A stretch of DNA of 64,000 nt from Duncaniella sp. (lineage in GTDB: Bacteria; Bacteroidota; Bacteroidia; Bacteroidales; Muribaculaceae): the NCBI GenBank assembly GCA_029056055.1, contig JAIDCC010000095.1:3747-67746 (forward strand), in the 5' to 3' direction. Position numbers and translations under genes: made by a program. The notes under the pieces were generated by a model. That model ran no database searches, was not told the origin of the DNA, and worked only from the letters and a program-made list of their open reading frames with translations. Positions 1-9,530 of this stretch are shown in pieces (the first letter of the stretch is position 1; the number at the start of each line of letters is the position of its first letter).

Positions 1-873
1 GCCAAAGAAATCGTGGTGCGCACGCCCGAGGCCGACAAAGCCACCGCGCCGCAGCTTGAGACAGGCCTGATACCCATCATGGCCGTAGAAAACGCCCCCC
101 TCGGACAGATGGCCGACGTGGTGCCCTCGCCCGGGGTAGGGCAGATAACCCACCTGAACGGCGTGCAGACCATCTACATCAATGCCGGAGTGCCTTACGA
201 GTATAACACCATCGACGCAAACAACGAGCTTGCCAAGAAAATCGACCGTCTCGACCTGCCTGAAGGAGTCACCGTCAGCTACGGCGGCGAACTGGAAAAC
301 ACCGAGACCATCCTGCCGCAGATAATGTCGGCACTCATGCTGTCGGTGGTCATCATCTTCATGATTCTGCTGTTCCACTACAAGAACGTGCGCCTGAGCC
401 TCGTCTTTCTCGGCTGCATCGTGTTCTGTATCCCCGGCGTGGGCTTCGGATTATGGATAAGCGACGTGGCCTTCTCGATAACGTGTACGCTCGGCATCAT
501 CAGCCTCATGGGTATTCTCGTGAGAAACGTGATAATCATGTTTGACTATGCCGCCGACCTGCAGGTGAGCGAAAACCTCAGTCTGAAAGACTCGATACTC
601 GAATCGGCCAAGCGCAGAATGCGTCCCATCTTCCTGACCTCGACGGCCGCCTCGACAGGCGTAATCCCTATGATGCTCGGCAAGAGCCCGCTCTGGATGC
701 CCATGGCAATGGTGATTTTCTGGGGCACAATCATTTCGTTTTTCTTCATCGTGACCATTATCCCGGTGGTCTACTGGAAGACACAGAAGCCGGTAGCCAA
801 GACATCGGCAGGAGACGACACCGACGATGCCGACGAGCCGGAAACCGTAGAACCTCAGACAGCACAACAATGA
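1..873 (+). CDS. RND (AcrB/HAE1-type) efflux permease, C-terminal part; the gene starts upstream of the window
   Basis: The frame is open from nt 1. The tail is rich in TM helices (SALMLSVVIIFMILLF, PMAMVIFWGTIISFFFIVTIIPVVYW), as in RND pump C-termini. Its stop overlaps (ATGA) the start of a TolC-like gene. Confidence 0.8.
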   Translation, partial: AKEIVVRTPEADKATAPQLETGLIPIMAVENAPLGQMADVVPSPGVGQITHLNGVQTIYINAGVPYEYNTIDANNELAKKIDRLDLPEGVTVSYGGELENTETILPQIMSALMLSVVIIFMILLFHYKNVRLSLVFLGCIVFCIPGVGFGLWISDVAFSITCTLGIISLMGILVRNVIIMFDYAADLQVSENLSLKDSILESAKRRMRPIFLTSTAASTGVIPMMLGKSPLWMPMAMVIFWGTIISFFFIVTIIPVVYWKTQKPVAKTSAGDDTDDADEPETVEPQTAQQ

Positions 874-2201
874 AACGCACCATCATAACATCAATCCTCT
901 GCGTGGCAGCCGTGGCCGGGCTGTCGGCGCAGCGGGTGCTCAGCCTCGACGAATGCCGCGAGCTCGCACTCGAAAACAACGTGGCCGTAAAAAACGCCCG
1001 CCTTTCGAGCCGCGCCGCGCAGGAGACCCGCAAGGAGGCCTTCACGAAATACTTCCCCAACGTGTCGGTCAACGCCATAGCCTTCACCACCGACAAAAGC
1101 CTGCTCCAGCATGATTTCAACGGCTCGGTGCCGCTCCCTGCTATCCCCGGGCTGACCGAGGGGGGCACCGTAGACTACAGCTACGACTTCAACCTCATCA
1201 AGAAGGGCATCGTGGCCGGCGCCACGCTTCTGCAACCGGTGTTCATGGGAGGCGAAATCGTCAACGGCAACAAACTTGCCGAAGTGGGCGAGGCCGTGGC
1301 CGAACTCCAGACGCGGCAGAGTCAGGAAGAAGTGCGGCAGACCGTAGAACAATACTACTGGCAGCTCGCCGTGCTCAAGGCCAAGCGCGCCACCGTCAGC
1401 GAGCTCATCACGCTGCTCGACACTCTTTCATATCAGGTGGAAGTGGCCGTCAACGCGGGCATCACGCTGCGCAACGACCTGCTCGAAGTGCAGCTGCGGC
1501 GCGGCGAGATGGAGACCGACTCGATAGAACTCTCTAACGGCATCAACATCATCTCGACCATGCTGGCCCAATACATCGGGCTCGGGCTCGAACCTATCGA
1601 CATAGCCGGAAGCATCTCGGCGACCGACTCGATAGCGTTGGCCGACGGCCTCTTCGTTAGCCCCGACGAGGCACTGACCGTCACCACCGACTACCGGCTG
1701 CTCTCGCAGGGAGTGAAGGCCGCCGAACTGACGCGGCGCATGACCCTCGGGGCAAATCTGCCCAAAGTGGCCATCGGAGCCGGATACACCGAGAGCAACC
1801 TGCTGAACCAATGGCACGGCACGGCCTCGCTTTTTGCCACAATCTCGGTGCCCATCACCGACTGGTGGGGCGGCTCGCACGCCATGAAGAAAAGCAAACT
1901 TCAGTTGCAGGCAGCGCGCAACAATCTCGACGACGGCTCGGAGCTGCTCAAAGTGAGAATGAAAAACGCATGGAACGACGTCGAGACCTCCTATCGCAAA
2001 ATCGGCGTGGCTCGCCTCTCGATAGAGCAAGCCAACGAAAATCTGCGTCTCAACCGCCTCTACTACAAGGCCGGGACGGTCACCATAACCGACCTGCTGA
2101 AGAGTCAGACCCTCTACCGCCAGTCGCACGACCGTTTCGTAGAGGCCGCCGGACAATATCAGATAGACCTGACGAAATATCTCATCGCCACCGGGCGGTG
2201 A
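870..2201 (+). CDS. TolC-family outer membrane efflux protein
   Basis: 443 aa with signal peptide MKRTIITSILCVAAVAGLSAQ. It has an OEP-like N-terminus (LSLDECRELALENNVAVKNARL) and is translationally coupled to the RND gene. Confidence 0.85.
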   Translation: MKRTIITSILCVAAVAGLSAQRVLSLDECRELALENNVAVKNARLSSRAAQETRKEAFTKYFPNVSVNAIAFTTDKSLLQHDFNGSVPLPAIPGLTEGGTVDYSYDFNLIKKGIVAGATLLQPVFMGGEIVNGNKLAEVGEAVAELQTRQSQEEVRQTVEQYYWQLAVLKAKRATVSELITLLDTLSYQVEVAVNAGITLRNDLLEVQLRRGEMETDSIELSNGINIISTMLAQYIGLGLEPIDIAGSISATDSIALADGLFVSPDEALTVTTDYRLLSQGVKAAELTRRMTLGANLPKVAIGAGYTESNLLNQWHGTASLFATISVPITDWWGGSHAMKKSKLQLQAARNNLDDGSELLKVRMKNAWNDVETSYRKIGVARLSIEQANENLRLNRLYYKAGTVTITDLLKSQTLYRQSHDRFVEAAGQYQIDLTKYLIATGR

Positions 2202-2213
2202 CGGAAAAAGAGG

Positions 2214-2249
2214 ATACCTCCTGCTACAGACATCTGTGGCAGGGGGTAT
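2214..2249. terminator. Bidirectional intrinsic terminator between convergent TolC and GH30 genes
   Basis: A 16-bp stem (ATACCTCCTGCTACAG / CTGTGGCAGGGGGTAT, two G-T wobbles) with loop ACAT. It is flanked by GAAAAAGAGG upstream and TTATTATT downstream. Confidence 0.7.
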
Positions 2250-2270
2250 TTATTATTCGGTAGTGCCGGC

Positions 2271-3722
2271 TTACCAGGCGAGCGTCACGATGCCGCCTGC
2301 GGGGATGGTGACGGGAAAGTGGCGGCTGCCGTCGTCGACCGCCGTGCTGACGGCCTCGGGATTGCTGTTGCTTAGCACGAGGGCAAAGGTGTTGTCGGGA
2401 TTGCGGAAGGCCGAATATGTCAGGCCGTCGGCCGTGAAGCCTTCGGTGGCGATGCGCTTCGCTCCGGGGCGCACTCCGGCCGACATCTGCGCCATGATGT
2501 AGTAGAACGAATTGCGGCGGATGGTCTTGAAATCGTCGGAGATATCCACGGCACCGAAACCTGTGGTGCAACCCTTCGGGCGGTTGGGGCCGCGGTTTGA
2601 GTCGAGCATGAGATTCCAGATTATGGCGCCGCGGCAATGGTTGTTGACGGTGCCGAGAGTAATCTGCTCCATGTCGGCCACGAGGCGTTTCTGAAGGTTG
2701 GCGCCGTCGTTCCAGTTTCCGGCGGTAGATTCGCTGAACACGAGTTCTTTGTCGGGATTGGCCTTGTTGATGGCGAGGAGTTCGTCGACGTGTCCGCCAT
2801 AGTTGTGATAGGCCGCGCCGGCTATATATTTCGAAGCTTCCTCGTCGGCATAGATTTTGGTGGGATAGCTCTGCTGCTCGGGCATGTTGTCGTAATTGTA
2901 GTTGTGGTCGAACACATAGATTTTGGTGTCGATGCCCTCACGGCTGAACGTCGGGCCGAGGGCGGTCTTGACGAAATCGCGCTGCTCGTCCCAGCCCATG
3001 AACATCGAGGCCGAGTTCTTGCGGTTGAGCGGCTCGTTCTGCGGGGTCATGGCGTAGATGGCTATCCCCTCCTTTTCGAAAGCCTTTATCCAAAGGGCGA
3101 AATAGGTGGCGTAGTCCTGATAAAACTTGGGATTGAGGTGGCCCGAGGTCCATGAGTCGAAGGGACGGAGGTCGGTGAGATTGTCAACCTTCATCCACTT
3201 CGGGGCAGTCCAGGGCGAGGCCATAATCTTGAGGTCGGGATTGTAGGCGAGAATTTCCTTGAGCACGGGAATGACATATTTCGTCTCCTCGTCGGTGAGG
3301 GCGAAGTTTTCTATTCCTTCGGCGTCGCAGCAGGTGTATTCGCTCAGCGAGAAGTCGGAGCAGCCTATGCAGATGCGGATATAGCTCATTCCGAATCCTT
3401 CGGTGGGCGAGAAGGTCTCTTTGAGGAAAGCGGCGCGGTCTTCCGGGGTCATCATTAGCAGATTGTATGCCGTCGAGCCTGTGATGGCCGCCCCGAAGCC
3501 GTCGATGGTCTGATATTCCGTTTCGGGCTTGAGCTTTATGGCGGCTGCGGGCGTCGTGCCTGAGGTGCCGAAGTCGATGAACGATGGGGTGAGGTCGGCC
3601 GAGAGGTCGGTTGTCGTGGTGAGCACTTTCACCTTTTCAGAGGGAAGTGAGGCGGAGGCCGCATGGCAGCCGAGGGCAGAGGCGGCGAGCAGTGCCGAGG
3701 CAAGAATTTTTGATGAAATCAT
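2271..3722 (-). CDS. Glycoside hydrolase family 30 (glucosylceramidase-like), secreted
   Basis: 483 aa with a signal peptide. GH30-like blocks are present: GFGAAITGSTAYNL, ASPWTAPKWMK, YAMTPQNEP, IYVFDHNYNYD. Confidence 0.8.
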   Translation of the reverse strand: MISSKILASALLAASALGCHAASASLPSEKVKVLTTTTDLSADLTPSFIDFGTSGTTPAAAIKLKPETEYQTIDGFGAAITGSTAYNLLMMTPEDRAAFLKETFSPTEGFGMSYIRICIGCSDFSLSEYTCCDAEGIENFALTDEETKYVIPVLKEILAYNPDLKIMASPWTAPKWMKVDNLTDLRPFDSWTSGHLNPKFYQDYATYFALWIKAFEKEGIAIYAMTPQNEPLNRKNSASMFMGWDEQRDFVKTALGPTFSREGIDTKIYVFDHNYNYDNMPEQQSYPTKIYADEEASKYIAGAAYHNYGGHVDELLAINKANPDKELVFSESTAGNWNDGANLQKRLVADMEQITLGTVNNHCRGAIIWNLMLDSNRGPNRPKGCTTGFGAVDISDDFKTIRRNSFYYIMAQMSAGVRPGAKRIATEGFTADGLTYSAFRNPDNTFALVLSNSNPEAVSTAVDDGSRHFPVTIPAGGIVTLAW

Positions 3723-3783
3723 GGTCGGGGATTGTGGGCAAGAATTATGTATTAAATAATTTCGAACACATACTTATTACTTG

Positions 3784-3791
3784 CAAAAGTA
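3784..3791 (-). promoter_or_regulatory. Bacteroidota -7 promoter box (TACTTTTG on minus strand) for the GH30 gene
   Basis: Plus strand CAAAAGTA is the reverse complement of TAnnTTTG. It lies 62 nt upstream of the ATG at 3722. Confidence 0.45.
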
Positions 3792-3981
3792 GTCAAAATT
3801 GTCGGCGGACAGATGGGTGTTGGCGCCTCTCGGTAATGCTTTACCAACCTCAACCCTCTATTTATCACACCACTACCCTACCGCCGAAGTAAACCAGCGG
3901 GGAGCCGGACGATGACGGAAATCGCCCGGAAAAATAGTTGCATTGTCAACCATTTTCGCCGCGCGTTGTTATAAAGACAGA

Positions 3982-4413
3982 ATGAAGAACTCAACGACAC
4001 ATATCGAAAGCCCCGCCGTGGGATGTATGCTCGGCAAAGCATATCAGACGCTCCTCAGCCGTCTGGCCGACGCTCTGGCCCAAGCCGGGCTCGACATCAC
4101 GACCACGGAATACCTCGTGCTCCGCGCGCTCTATTCGGCCGACGGTCTGCAACAATGCGAAATCGCCGGACTGACCGGCAAAGATAAGGCTTCGATATGC
4201 CGCTGCGTGGCCGGCCTTGCAAAGAAGGGACTCGTGACGACAGAGACGGTCAGTCACAAATGCCTGCGGGTCTACCTTTCCGACGAGGCCAAGGCCATCG
4301 AGGCAAGAGTGCTCGAGGTGGCCGCCGCACGCCACAACGCGCTGCTCGCCATCTCTTCGCCGCGAGAGGTTGAGGTCTTCGCCAACGTACTTGAAAAAAT
4401 CATAAGTAAGTGA
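3982..4413 (+). CDS. MarR-family transcriptional regulator
   Basis: 143 aa from the ATG at 3982 (the track ORF starts at a TTG at 3943). It shows a winged-helix pattern: TEYLVLRALY...QCEIAGLTGKDKASICRCVAGLAKKGLV. Its TGA stop lies inside the terminal repeat of the interspersed element. Confidence 0.8.
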   Translation: MKNSTTHIESPAVGCMLGKAYQTLLSRLADALAQAGLDITTTEYLVLRALYSADGLQQCEIAGLTGKDKASICRCVAGLAKKGLVTTETVSHKCLRVYLSDEAKAIEARVLEVAAARHNALLAISSPREVEVFANVLEKIISK

Positions 4414-4587
4414 GAAAAATAAATGAACAGATAAAAGGAAGTTATTTTTGAGATGATTTGAGATTTGAGTGAAGAAGCATAGCGAGCTATGCGCCTGAAC
4501 GAAAGGCTCAAAGCATCCAAAAAGAACGAGTTTTACTGTTCAAGAATTTTTTCTTACATATATCGTTTTATTTTTAGAACTTACTTA
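4403..4587. repeat. ~185-bp nested-palindromic interspersed repeat (MITE-like), copy 1
   Basis: Termini TAAGTAAGTGAGAAAAATAAA ... TTTATTTTTAGAACTTACTTA form an 18/21 inverted repeat. The central hairpin is GCATAG-CGAG-CTATGC. The element is near-identical to copies at 24539, 37265, 42933 and 54525. Confidence 0.9.
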
Positions 4588-4620
4588 CTCAATCATAATT
4601 TAATAGAAAGGAAAAACACA

Positions 4621-5340
4621 ATGATTACTCTTACCATCTGGAGCGATTTCGCCTGTCCATATTGCTACATCGGTGAAACGAGATTGCAGAACGCTATCGA
4701 ACAACTCGGTTTGCAAGATGATGTCACCGTAGATTTCCGAGCTTTCGAGCTCGACCCGACCACCCCGAAGGAGGTAGTCTCGTCGACCCCCGAACGATTC
4801 GCCAAGAAGTATCGTCTTTCGCTCGAAGGCGCCGAGCAGCAGATTGAGCAAATCTCGGCTCTCGGGCGCGAACTCGGCATCGACTTCAGATATGCCACGA
4901 CGCAGTATTCAAACACCCGCGACGCCCACCGGCTGATGAAACTCGCCGAGGCCAAGTATGACCGCGCCACCGTAGGGCGTCTGAACGAGGCTCTGTTCAA
5001 GGCCTACTTCGTTGAAAATCTCGTGCTCGCCGACCATGGCGTGCTGCTCGCCAAGGCTCTCGAAGCGGGCATGAACGAGGAGGAGGTCAAGGCCGTGCTT
5101 GAGTCTGACAAATATGACGACGAAGTGCGTTTCGACGAGCGTGAGGCCGCGATGCGTGGCGTGCATGGTGTGCCCTACATAGTGTTCAACGGCGAGTTTG
5201 CCGTGCCGGGCGCAATGTCGACCGAAGGTTTCAAGTCGGCTCTCGAACGCGAACTGCGCCGTCAGGGCACGGAGGCCGACATAAAGCCCGAAGGCGAACG
5301 CCCCCATCAGTGCGGACCCGACGGTTGTCAATTGCTGTAA
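4621..5340 (+). CDS. DsbA/FrnE-family thiol oxidoreductase
   Basis: Starts MITLTIWSDFACPYCYIGE, which contains a CxxC thioredoxin-fold motif. The upstream part of the track ORF (4489-4620) is repeat-derived. Confidence 0.8.
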   Translation: MITLTIWSDFACPYCYIGETRLQNAIEQLGLQDDVTVDFRAFELDPTTPKEVVSSTPERFAKKYRLSLEGAEQQIEQISALGRELGIDFRYATTQYSNTRDAHRLMKLAEAKYDRATVGRLNEALFKAYFVENLVLADHGVLLAKALEAGMNEEEVKAVLESDKYDDEVRFDEREAAMRGVHGVPYIVFNGEFAVPGAMSTEGFKSALERELRRQGTEADIKPEGERPHQCGPDGCQLL

Positions 5341-5402
5341 AACACTAAATCATGAGGTTTCCGCGCTGCCGCGGAGACCTCTTTCATCTGATACTCTCTC
5401 TC

Positions 5403-6029
5403 ATGATTAAGCAAATGCAGGTGGTAGGCGTATTCGCCGAAAACACCTATTTCTATATCGACGACCATTCAAAGGCCGGTTTTATCATCGACCCCGGCGC
5501 TCAGGCGGGGCTAATCTACGACGCCGTAAAGAGCAACGGCTGGAAGATAGAACGCATCCTGCTGACCCACGGACATTTCGACCACTTCGGAGCCGCAGAG
5601 GTACTTCGCGAGCGTCTTCACGCCCCGATTTTCGTCTACGAGGAGGAAGCCCCCTACCTCAACGACCCCTACCTGAATCTCAGCGAAAACTCGGGACACC
5701 CCATCACCGTATCCCACTACGAGGAGCTTCACGACGGCGAGACCATCCGCCTCAGGGAAAACAACGGGTTCTACCTGAAAGTGATTCACACCCCGGGGCA
5801 TACGCCCGGCTCGGTGACCTACTATTCGCCTGAAGAAGAGGCCGCTTTCGTGGGCGACCTGCTCTATCAGCACGGCCCCGGCCTGACCAACTTCCCCGGG
5901 GGCGACCGCCGCGTACTCGAAGACTCGATAGTCAACAAAATCCTTACCCTCCCCGACCGCACCCTCCTGCTTTCGGGCCACTCCTCGCCCATCACCGTAG
6001 CCGAAGAGCGCCGCCTGCTGTTGGGATGA
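5403..6029 (+). CDS. MBL-fold metallo-hydrolase (glyoxalase II-like)
   Basis: HxHxDH motif LTHGHFDHFG, and a later HTPGHTPG block. About 208 aa from the ATG at 5403. Confidence 0.8.
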   Translation: MIKQMQVVGVFAENTYFYIDDHSKAGFIIDPGAQAGLIYDAVKSNGWKIERILLTHGHFDHFGAAEVLRERLHAPIFVYEEEAPYLNDPYLNLSENSGHPITVSHYEELHDGETIRLRENNGFYLKVIHTPGHTPGSVTYYSPEEEAAFVGDLLYQHGPGLTNFPGGDRRVLEDSIVNKILTLPDRTLLLSGHSSPITVAEERRLLLG

Positions 6030-6056
6030 GGCTTTACAAGCAAAAAGATACATCTG

Positions 6057-7103
6057 ATGAAAAAAGACTGTTTCTCACCCTTTACACTCCGAGGCAAGAC
6101 CGCGCCCAACCGTTTTATCCGCAGCGCCACAAACAGCCACCTCGACAACACCGACGGCTCAATCAGCGAGGCCGAACTGCAAATGTATGACGCTTTAGGC
6201 CGTGGCCGCGTCGGCACCGTCATAACAGGACACTTGAGCGTAGCGCCCGACCTGAAATATCGTGCCGACGTTGCGCAGCCTTCTATCGGCAGTGACGACC
6301 GCATCGAAGGTCTGAAACGCGTTGCCGGGAAGATACATGAGTATGGTGCGATAGCCATCGCTCAGATTTCAATGGCGGGTCCGAAAGGGGTCACTCCCTT
6401 CGACTTCAACGAGCTTTCGACGGAGCAAATGGCTCAGACCGGCGAATGGTTTGTCGAGGCTGCTCGCCGGGCTAAGGAGGCGGGATTCGACGGTGTGCAG
6501 GTGCATATTGCCCATTGGTATATGTTGCAGGCGGTGGTCAACCGCGACCTCAACCACCGCACCGACCGCTATGGGGGGTCGGACGAAAACCTCATCCGCC
6601 TGCCGAAAGAGATTGTCGAGGGCATCCGCCGCGTGTGTGGCGACGATTTTCTCATCTACGTCAAACTCAACGCCCATAACACCGCCGAGGGTGTCGACGA
6701 TTACGGATTGCTGGCATTCTATGTCGGTGAGCTTGTCAGAAGTAGCGTCGACCTTGTAGAAATCAGCGGTTCCGACTTTACGCGTCGGGCCAAAACCGAC
6801 GAGTGCTACTATCTCGAGGCCGTGAAGTATCTGCGTGAGCAATTCCCGCAGTTACCGCTCTCGCTCGTCGGAGGCATCTACACGAAGGAGGCCATGGAAC
6901 GTGTGCTCGAAACCACGGATTTCGTTTCGATGGGGCGCGCGCTGCTGACTCAGCCCGATTTCATAACGCGGCTTGCCGAAGGCGAGACCGCCGCCTCGCG
7001 CTGCATACACTGCAACAAGTGTTTCGAGATTTTCGCCACGAAATACAAACGGTGCGTCTTCCTCGCCCCCAATCCTCAGCTTGAGGCCACATTCGAACAT
7101 TGA
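6057..7103 (+). CDS. NADH:flavin oxidoreductase (Old Yellow Enzyme family)
   Basis: 348 aa with OYE-like blocks: FDGVQVHIAHWYMLQAVVNRDLNHRTDRYGGS, and GGIYT near the C-terminus. Confidence 0.75.
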   Translation: MKKDCFSPFTLRGKTAPNRFIRSATNSHLDNTDGSISEAELQMYDALGRGRVGTVITGHLSVAPDLKYRADVAQPSIGSDDRIEGLKRVAGKIHEYGAIAIAQISMAGPKGVTPFDFNELSTEQMAQTGEWFVEAARRAKEAGFDGVQVHIAHWYMLQAVVNRDLNHRTDRYGGSDENLIRLPKEIVEGIRRVCGDDFLIYVKLNAHNTAEGVDDYGLLAFYVGELVRSSVDLVEISGSDFTRRAKTDECYYLEAVKYLREQFPQLPLSLVGGIYTKEAMERVLETTDFVSMGRALLTQPDFITRLAEGETAASRCIHCNKCFEIFATKYKRCVFLAPNPQLEATFEH

Positions 7104-7133
7104 ACGGCCTCTCAGCGCACTCCCTCCGACACG

Positions 7134-9527
7134 TCAGCGGATTACGATTTTGGCTGTCGTGGCGGGGGTGCGCACTATGTAGAGTCCCGCGGGGAGGGTC
7201 GGAAGCTCTGCGGCGAGGCCTGTGGCAAGAAGTCTGCCGTCGGGGGTGAAGACCTCCACGCGGCCATCGGCAACGATTCTTCCGTCGGCAACGCTTATTG
7301 CTTCGGCCTCCGTCTCGCCCTGCACCGCGTCGATGGCCGAAATCTGTCCGTCGCCCATGATGATGTAATGCTTCCAAGCCTCGTCGGCCTGGTAGAATTT
7401 CACATAGGAGGGCATCGTATGCACCTTCACGCGCGGCGGGAATGTGCAGAGGTCGGGATTGTTGTCGTCCCACACGATGGCCGGGGGCTCGATGGTCAGC
7501 GCCCACACGTCGGTGAGCTGTTCGCAGCGGGCGAACGCGCCTGCGTCTATGGTTTTGAGCGTGGCGGGCAGACGCAGTTTCTCAAACCGTGTTCCGGCAA
7601 ATGCCTCCCGTCCTACGTAGGCGAGTTTGTCGCCCCACGCGAAAGTGTCGAGATTCGTGCCCGAGAAGGCCTCATCCTCTATCGTGGTGAGGTTGGGCCA
7701 CGTGATGTCAAGCTTTTCAAGCGGCGCGTTCTTGAACGCTCGCTCTCTGATGGTGCTCACCTTACATTCGAAAGGTGTGCCGTCGGCACTCGCGATGCTC
7801 TTCAGTGACGAGTCTTCAAATGTTCCTTCATGAAGATAATCACAATTTCGTTTATCGGTGGTCAGGAAGCTGGGTTCCGTCTCAATTCCGGTTATTCCGG
7901 ATTTCTTCAAAGCCTCTGCGCCACAGATGTAGAGTTTGCCTGCAATATGCTCCAACAGAGGTGTGTCTCTCAACCCGCCTTCAAATACGTACGTCCAAAC
8001 CTTGTTTTTGATTTCCTTAAGGCCGCTGTTTTTGAAAGCATCAGCGTAGACATATATTAGGTTGGCGCTGATGCTCTCTATGGCCGTTTCCTCGAACGCT
8101 CCTTCTTCAAACAATACACTCGCATAGCCACCCGGCACGGTGGTGATGGTTTTGACTGCTTCTTTACCCGGGAAACTGTTTTTGGTAAACATCACGCTCA
8201 TGTAGGAATCGGGCGCGTCGTAGAAGAACGTGAGACCGCCGCCGGTATCGAAATTCAATGGCCCGCGCGCGATTTCTATCGTGGTGTCGTCGGCGTTGCG
8301 GGGTGTGAAACCCAAAATTTCGTAGCCGCTGAAGTCCTCTGATTCAGACTTGACTTTATCCTTGCTATAGATTACTCCCCTCCATTCCCACGAGCCGTCG
8401 GCGCGACGCGACGGGAGCGGCTGAATGTCGTAGTTGGCCCAGATTTTCGTGCCGTTGGCGTCGGTGAAATTCTTGTAGACTCCGACGGCATACGAGGGCA
8501 CGTAGATGCTCACTCCGGCTGGAAACGAGCAACGCGAGGGATTGGCGGCGTCCCACACGATGGCCGGTGGTTCGGGGTTGGAGATGTAGACGGCTGTAAG
8601 CCTGTCGCACCCCGCAAATGCGCCCTCGCCTATCGACTCGATGACCGGGGGCAGAAAGACTTCCTCCAGACGAGTACCGCGGAAGGCTCTCGCGCCTATG
8701 GTGCTAAGATTCGCCGACCATAATAATTCTTCAAGCGGCGTGCCGTCGAAGGCCTCTTCTTCAACGGTGACAGCCGACGAAAAGGGCAGCGTGGTGACCT
8801 TCGAATTCTTAAAACTGCGCTTCCCGAAATGAGTTATCTCCATAGTATTGCTCAAATTATACTCATAGGAAAAGGAGGTAAAATTTGAATTCTCAAACGC
8901 TCCCTCGGGAATAGTCTTCGAGATTAATTCGCTGATCCATACTCTCGTGACGGAAGACCCTTTGAATGCGTTTACACCCAATTCACTCACAGTGCCGAGA
9001 TATACACTCTCAAGGTTAGTGGTCCCCTCGGCAAAACTCTTGCCGACAGGCATTGTGACCCCGTTGGCCGTCCCTAAGTGAATTTTGCTGACATGACTAT
9101 TCATAAAAACACTGTCAGGAGTCTCAACATTCCGCCCATATGGTTCCCAATAAAAATTAAAGCATCCAAGTGACGATGCATTATAGAACGCTTTCGAGCC
9201 AAACCACCCTTTTGTATAGGCATTACTCGGATTAACGTCGGTGATAATATCATTATTGGCGAAAATCTCACGCGGCAGATACTTCTTCATTTCAGTGCCG
9301 GGATACTCTCCCCAGTTGTCGGGAGAATACTCTCGCAACACATAGGGTGTGATATACAAACTACGGTTTGGTATATCCGCCGTCAAAGTAGTTCCGACAA
9401 CAGTCCAATAATAAGAACCCACCTCATAAATCACATGGCGATATTCAATCGTAGAGGCACACCCGCTCATGGCCGCAACAAGCAGAAATATCCCGACGAT
9501 TATTCTGCGAAAGTGAATTGTTTTCAT
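7134..9527 (-). CDS. BspA-like leucine-rich-repeat surface protein with lipoprotein signal and T9SS C-terminal sorting domain
   Basis: 797 aa with a lipobox (LLVAAMSGCAS) and repeated blocks of the form xAFxxCxxLTxV. The C-terminus (VEVFTPDGRLLATG...LPAGLYIVRTPATTAKIVIR) looks like a Por secretion tail. Confidence 0.75.
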   Translation of the reverse strand: MKTIHFRRIIVGIFLLVAAMSGCASTIEYRHVIYEVGSYYWTVVGTTLTADIPNRSLYITPYVLREYSPDNWGEYPGTEMKKYLPREIFANNDIITDVNPSNAYTKGWFGSKAFYNASSLGCFNFYWEPYGRNVETPDSVFMNSHVSKIHLGTANGVTMPVGKSFAEGTTNLESVYLGTVSELGVNAFKGSSVTRVWISELISKTIPEGAFENSNFTSFSYEYNLSNTMEITHFGKRSFKNSKVTTLPFSSAVTVEEEAFDGTPLEELLWSANLSTIGARAFRGTRLEEVFLPPVIESIGEGAFAGCDRLTAVYISNPEPPAIVWDAANPSRCSFPAGVSIYVPSYAVGVYKNFTDANGTKIWANYDIQPLPSRRADGSWEWRGVIYSKDKVKSESEDFSGYEILGFTPRNADDTTIEIARGPLNFDTGGGLTFFYDAPDSYMSVMFTKNSFPGKEAVKTITTVPGGYASVLFEEGAFEETAIESISANLIYVYADAFKNSGLKEIKNKVWTYVFEGGLRDTPLLEHIAGKLYICGAEALKKSGITGIETEPSFLTTDKRNCDYLHEGTFEDSSLKSIASADGTPFECKVSTIRERAFKNAPLEKLDITWPNLTTIEDEAFSGTNLDTFAWGDKLAYVGREAFAGTRFEKLRLPATLKTIDAGAFARCEQLTDVWALTIEPPAIVWDDNNPDLCTFPPRVKVHTMPSYVKFYQADEAWKHYIIMGDGQISAIDAVQGETEAEAISVADGRIVADGRVEVFTPDGRLLATGLAAELPTLPAGLYIVRTPATTAKIVIR

Positions 9528-9530
9528 AAG

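Noticed and set aside
4440-4452. The internal TATTTTTG in the interspersed repeat as an outward-facing mobile promoter.
   Set aside because: The box is exact only in copies 1, 3 and 5. Copy 2 has TTTTTTTG and copy 4 has GTTTTTG. In copy 3 it would fire antisense into a convergent gene. I therefore do not call it a promoter; see the finding on leader placement.
4272-4520. A recurrent 'protein' beginning MDALSLSF(R/S)RIARYASSLK, seen in three track ORFs (4272-4520, 24262-24654, 37332-37865).
   Set aside because: The shared peptide is simply the translation of the interspersed repeat. The ORFs run from the repeat into antisense of neighbouring genes and have no independent coding evidence.
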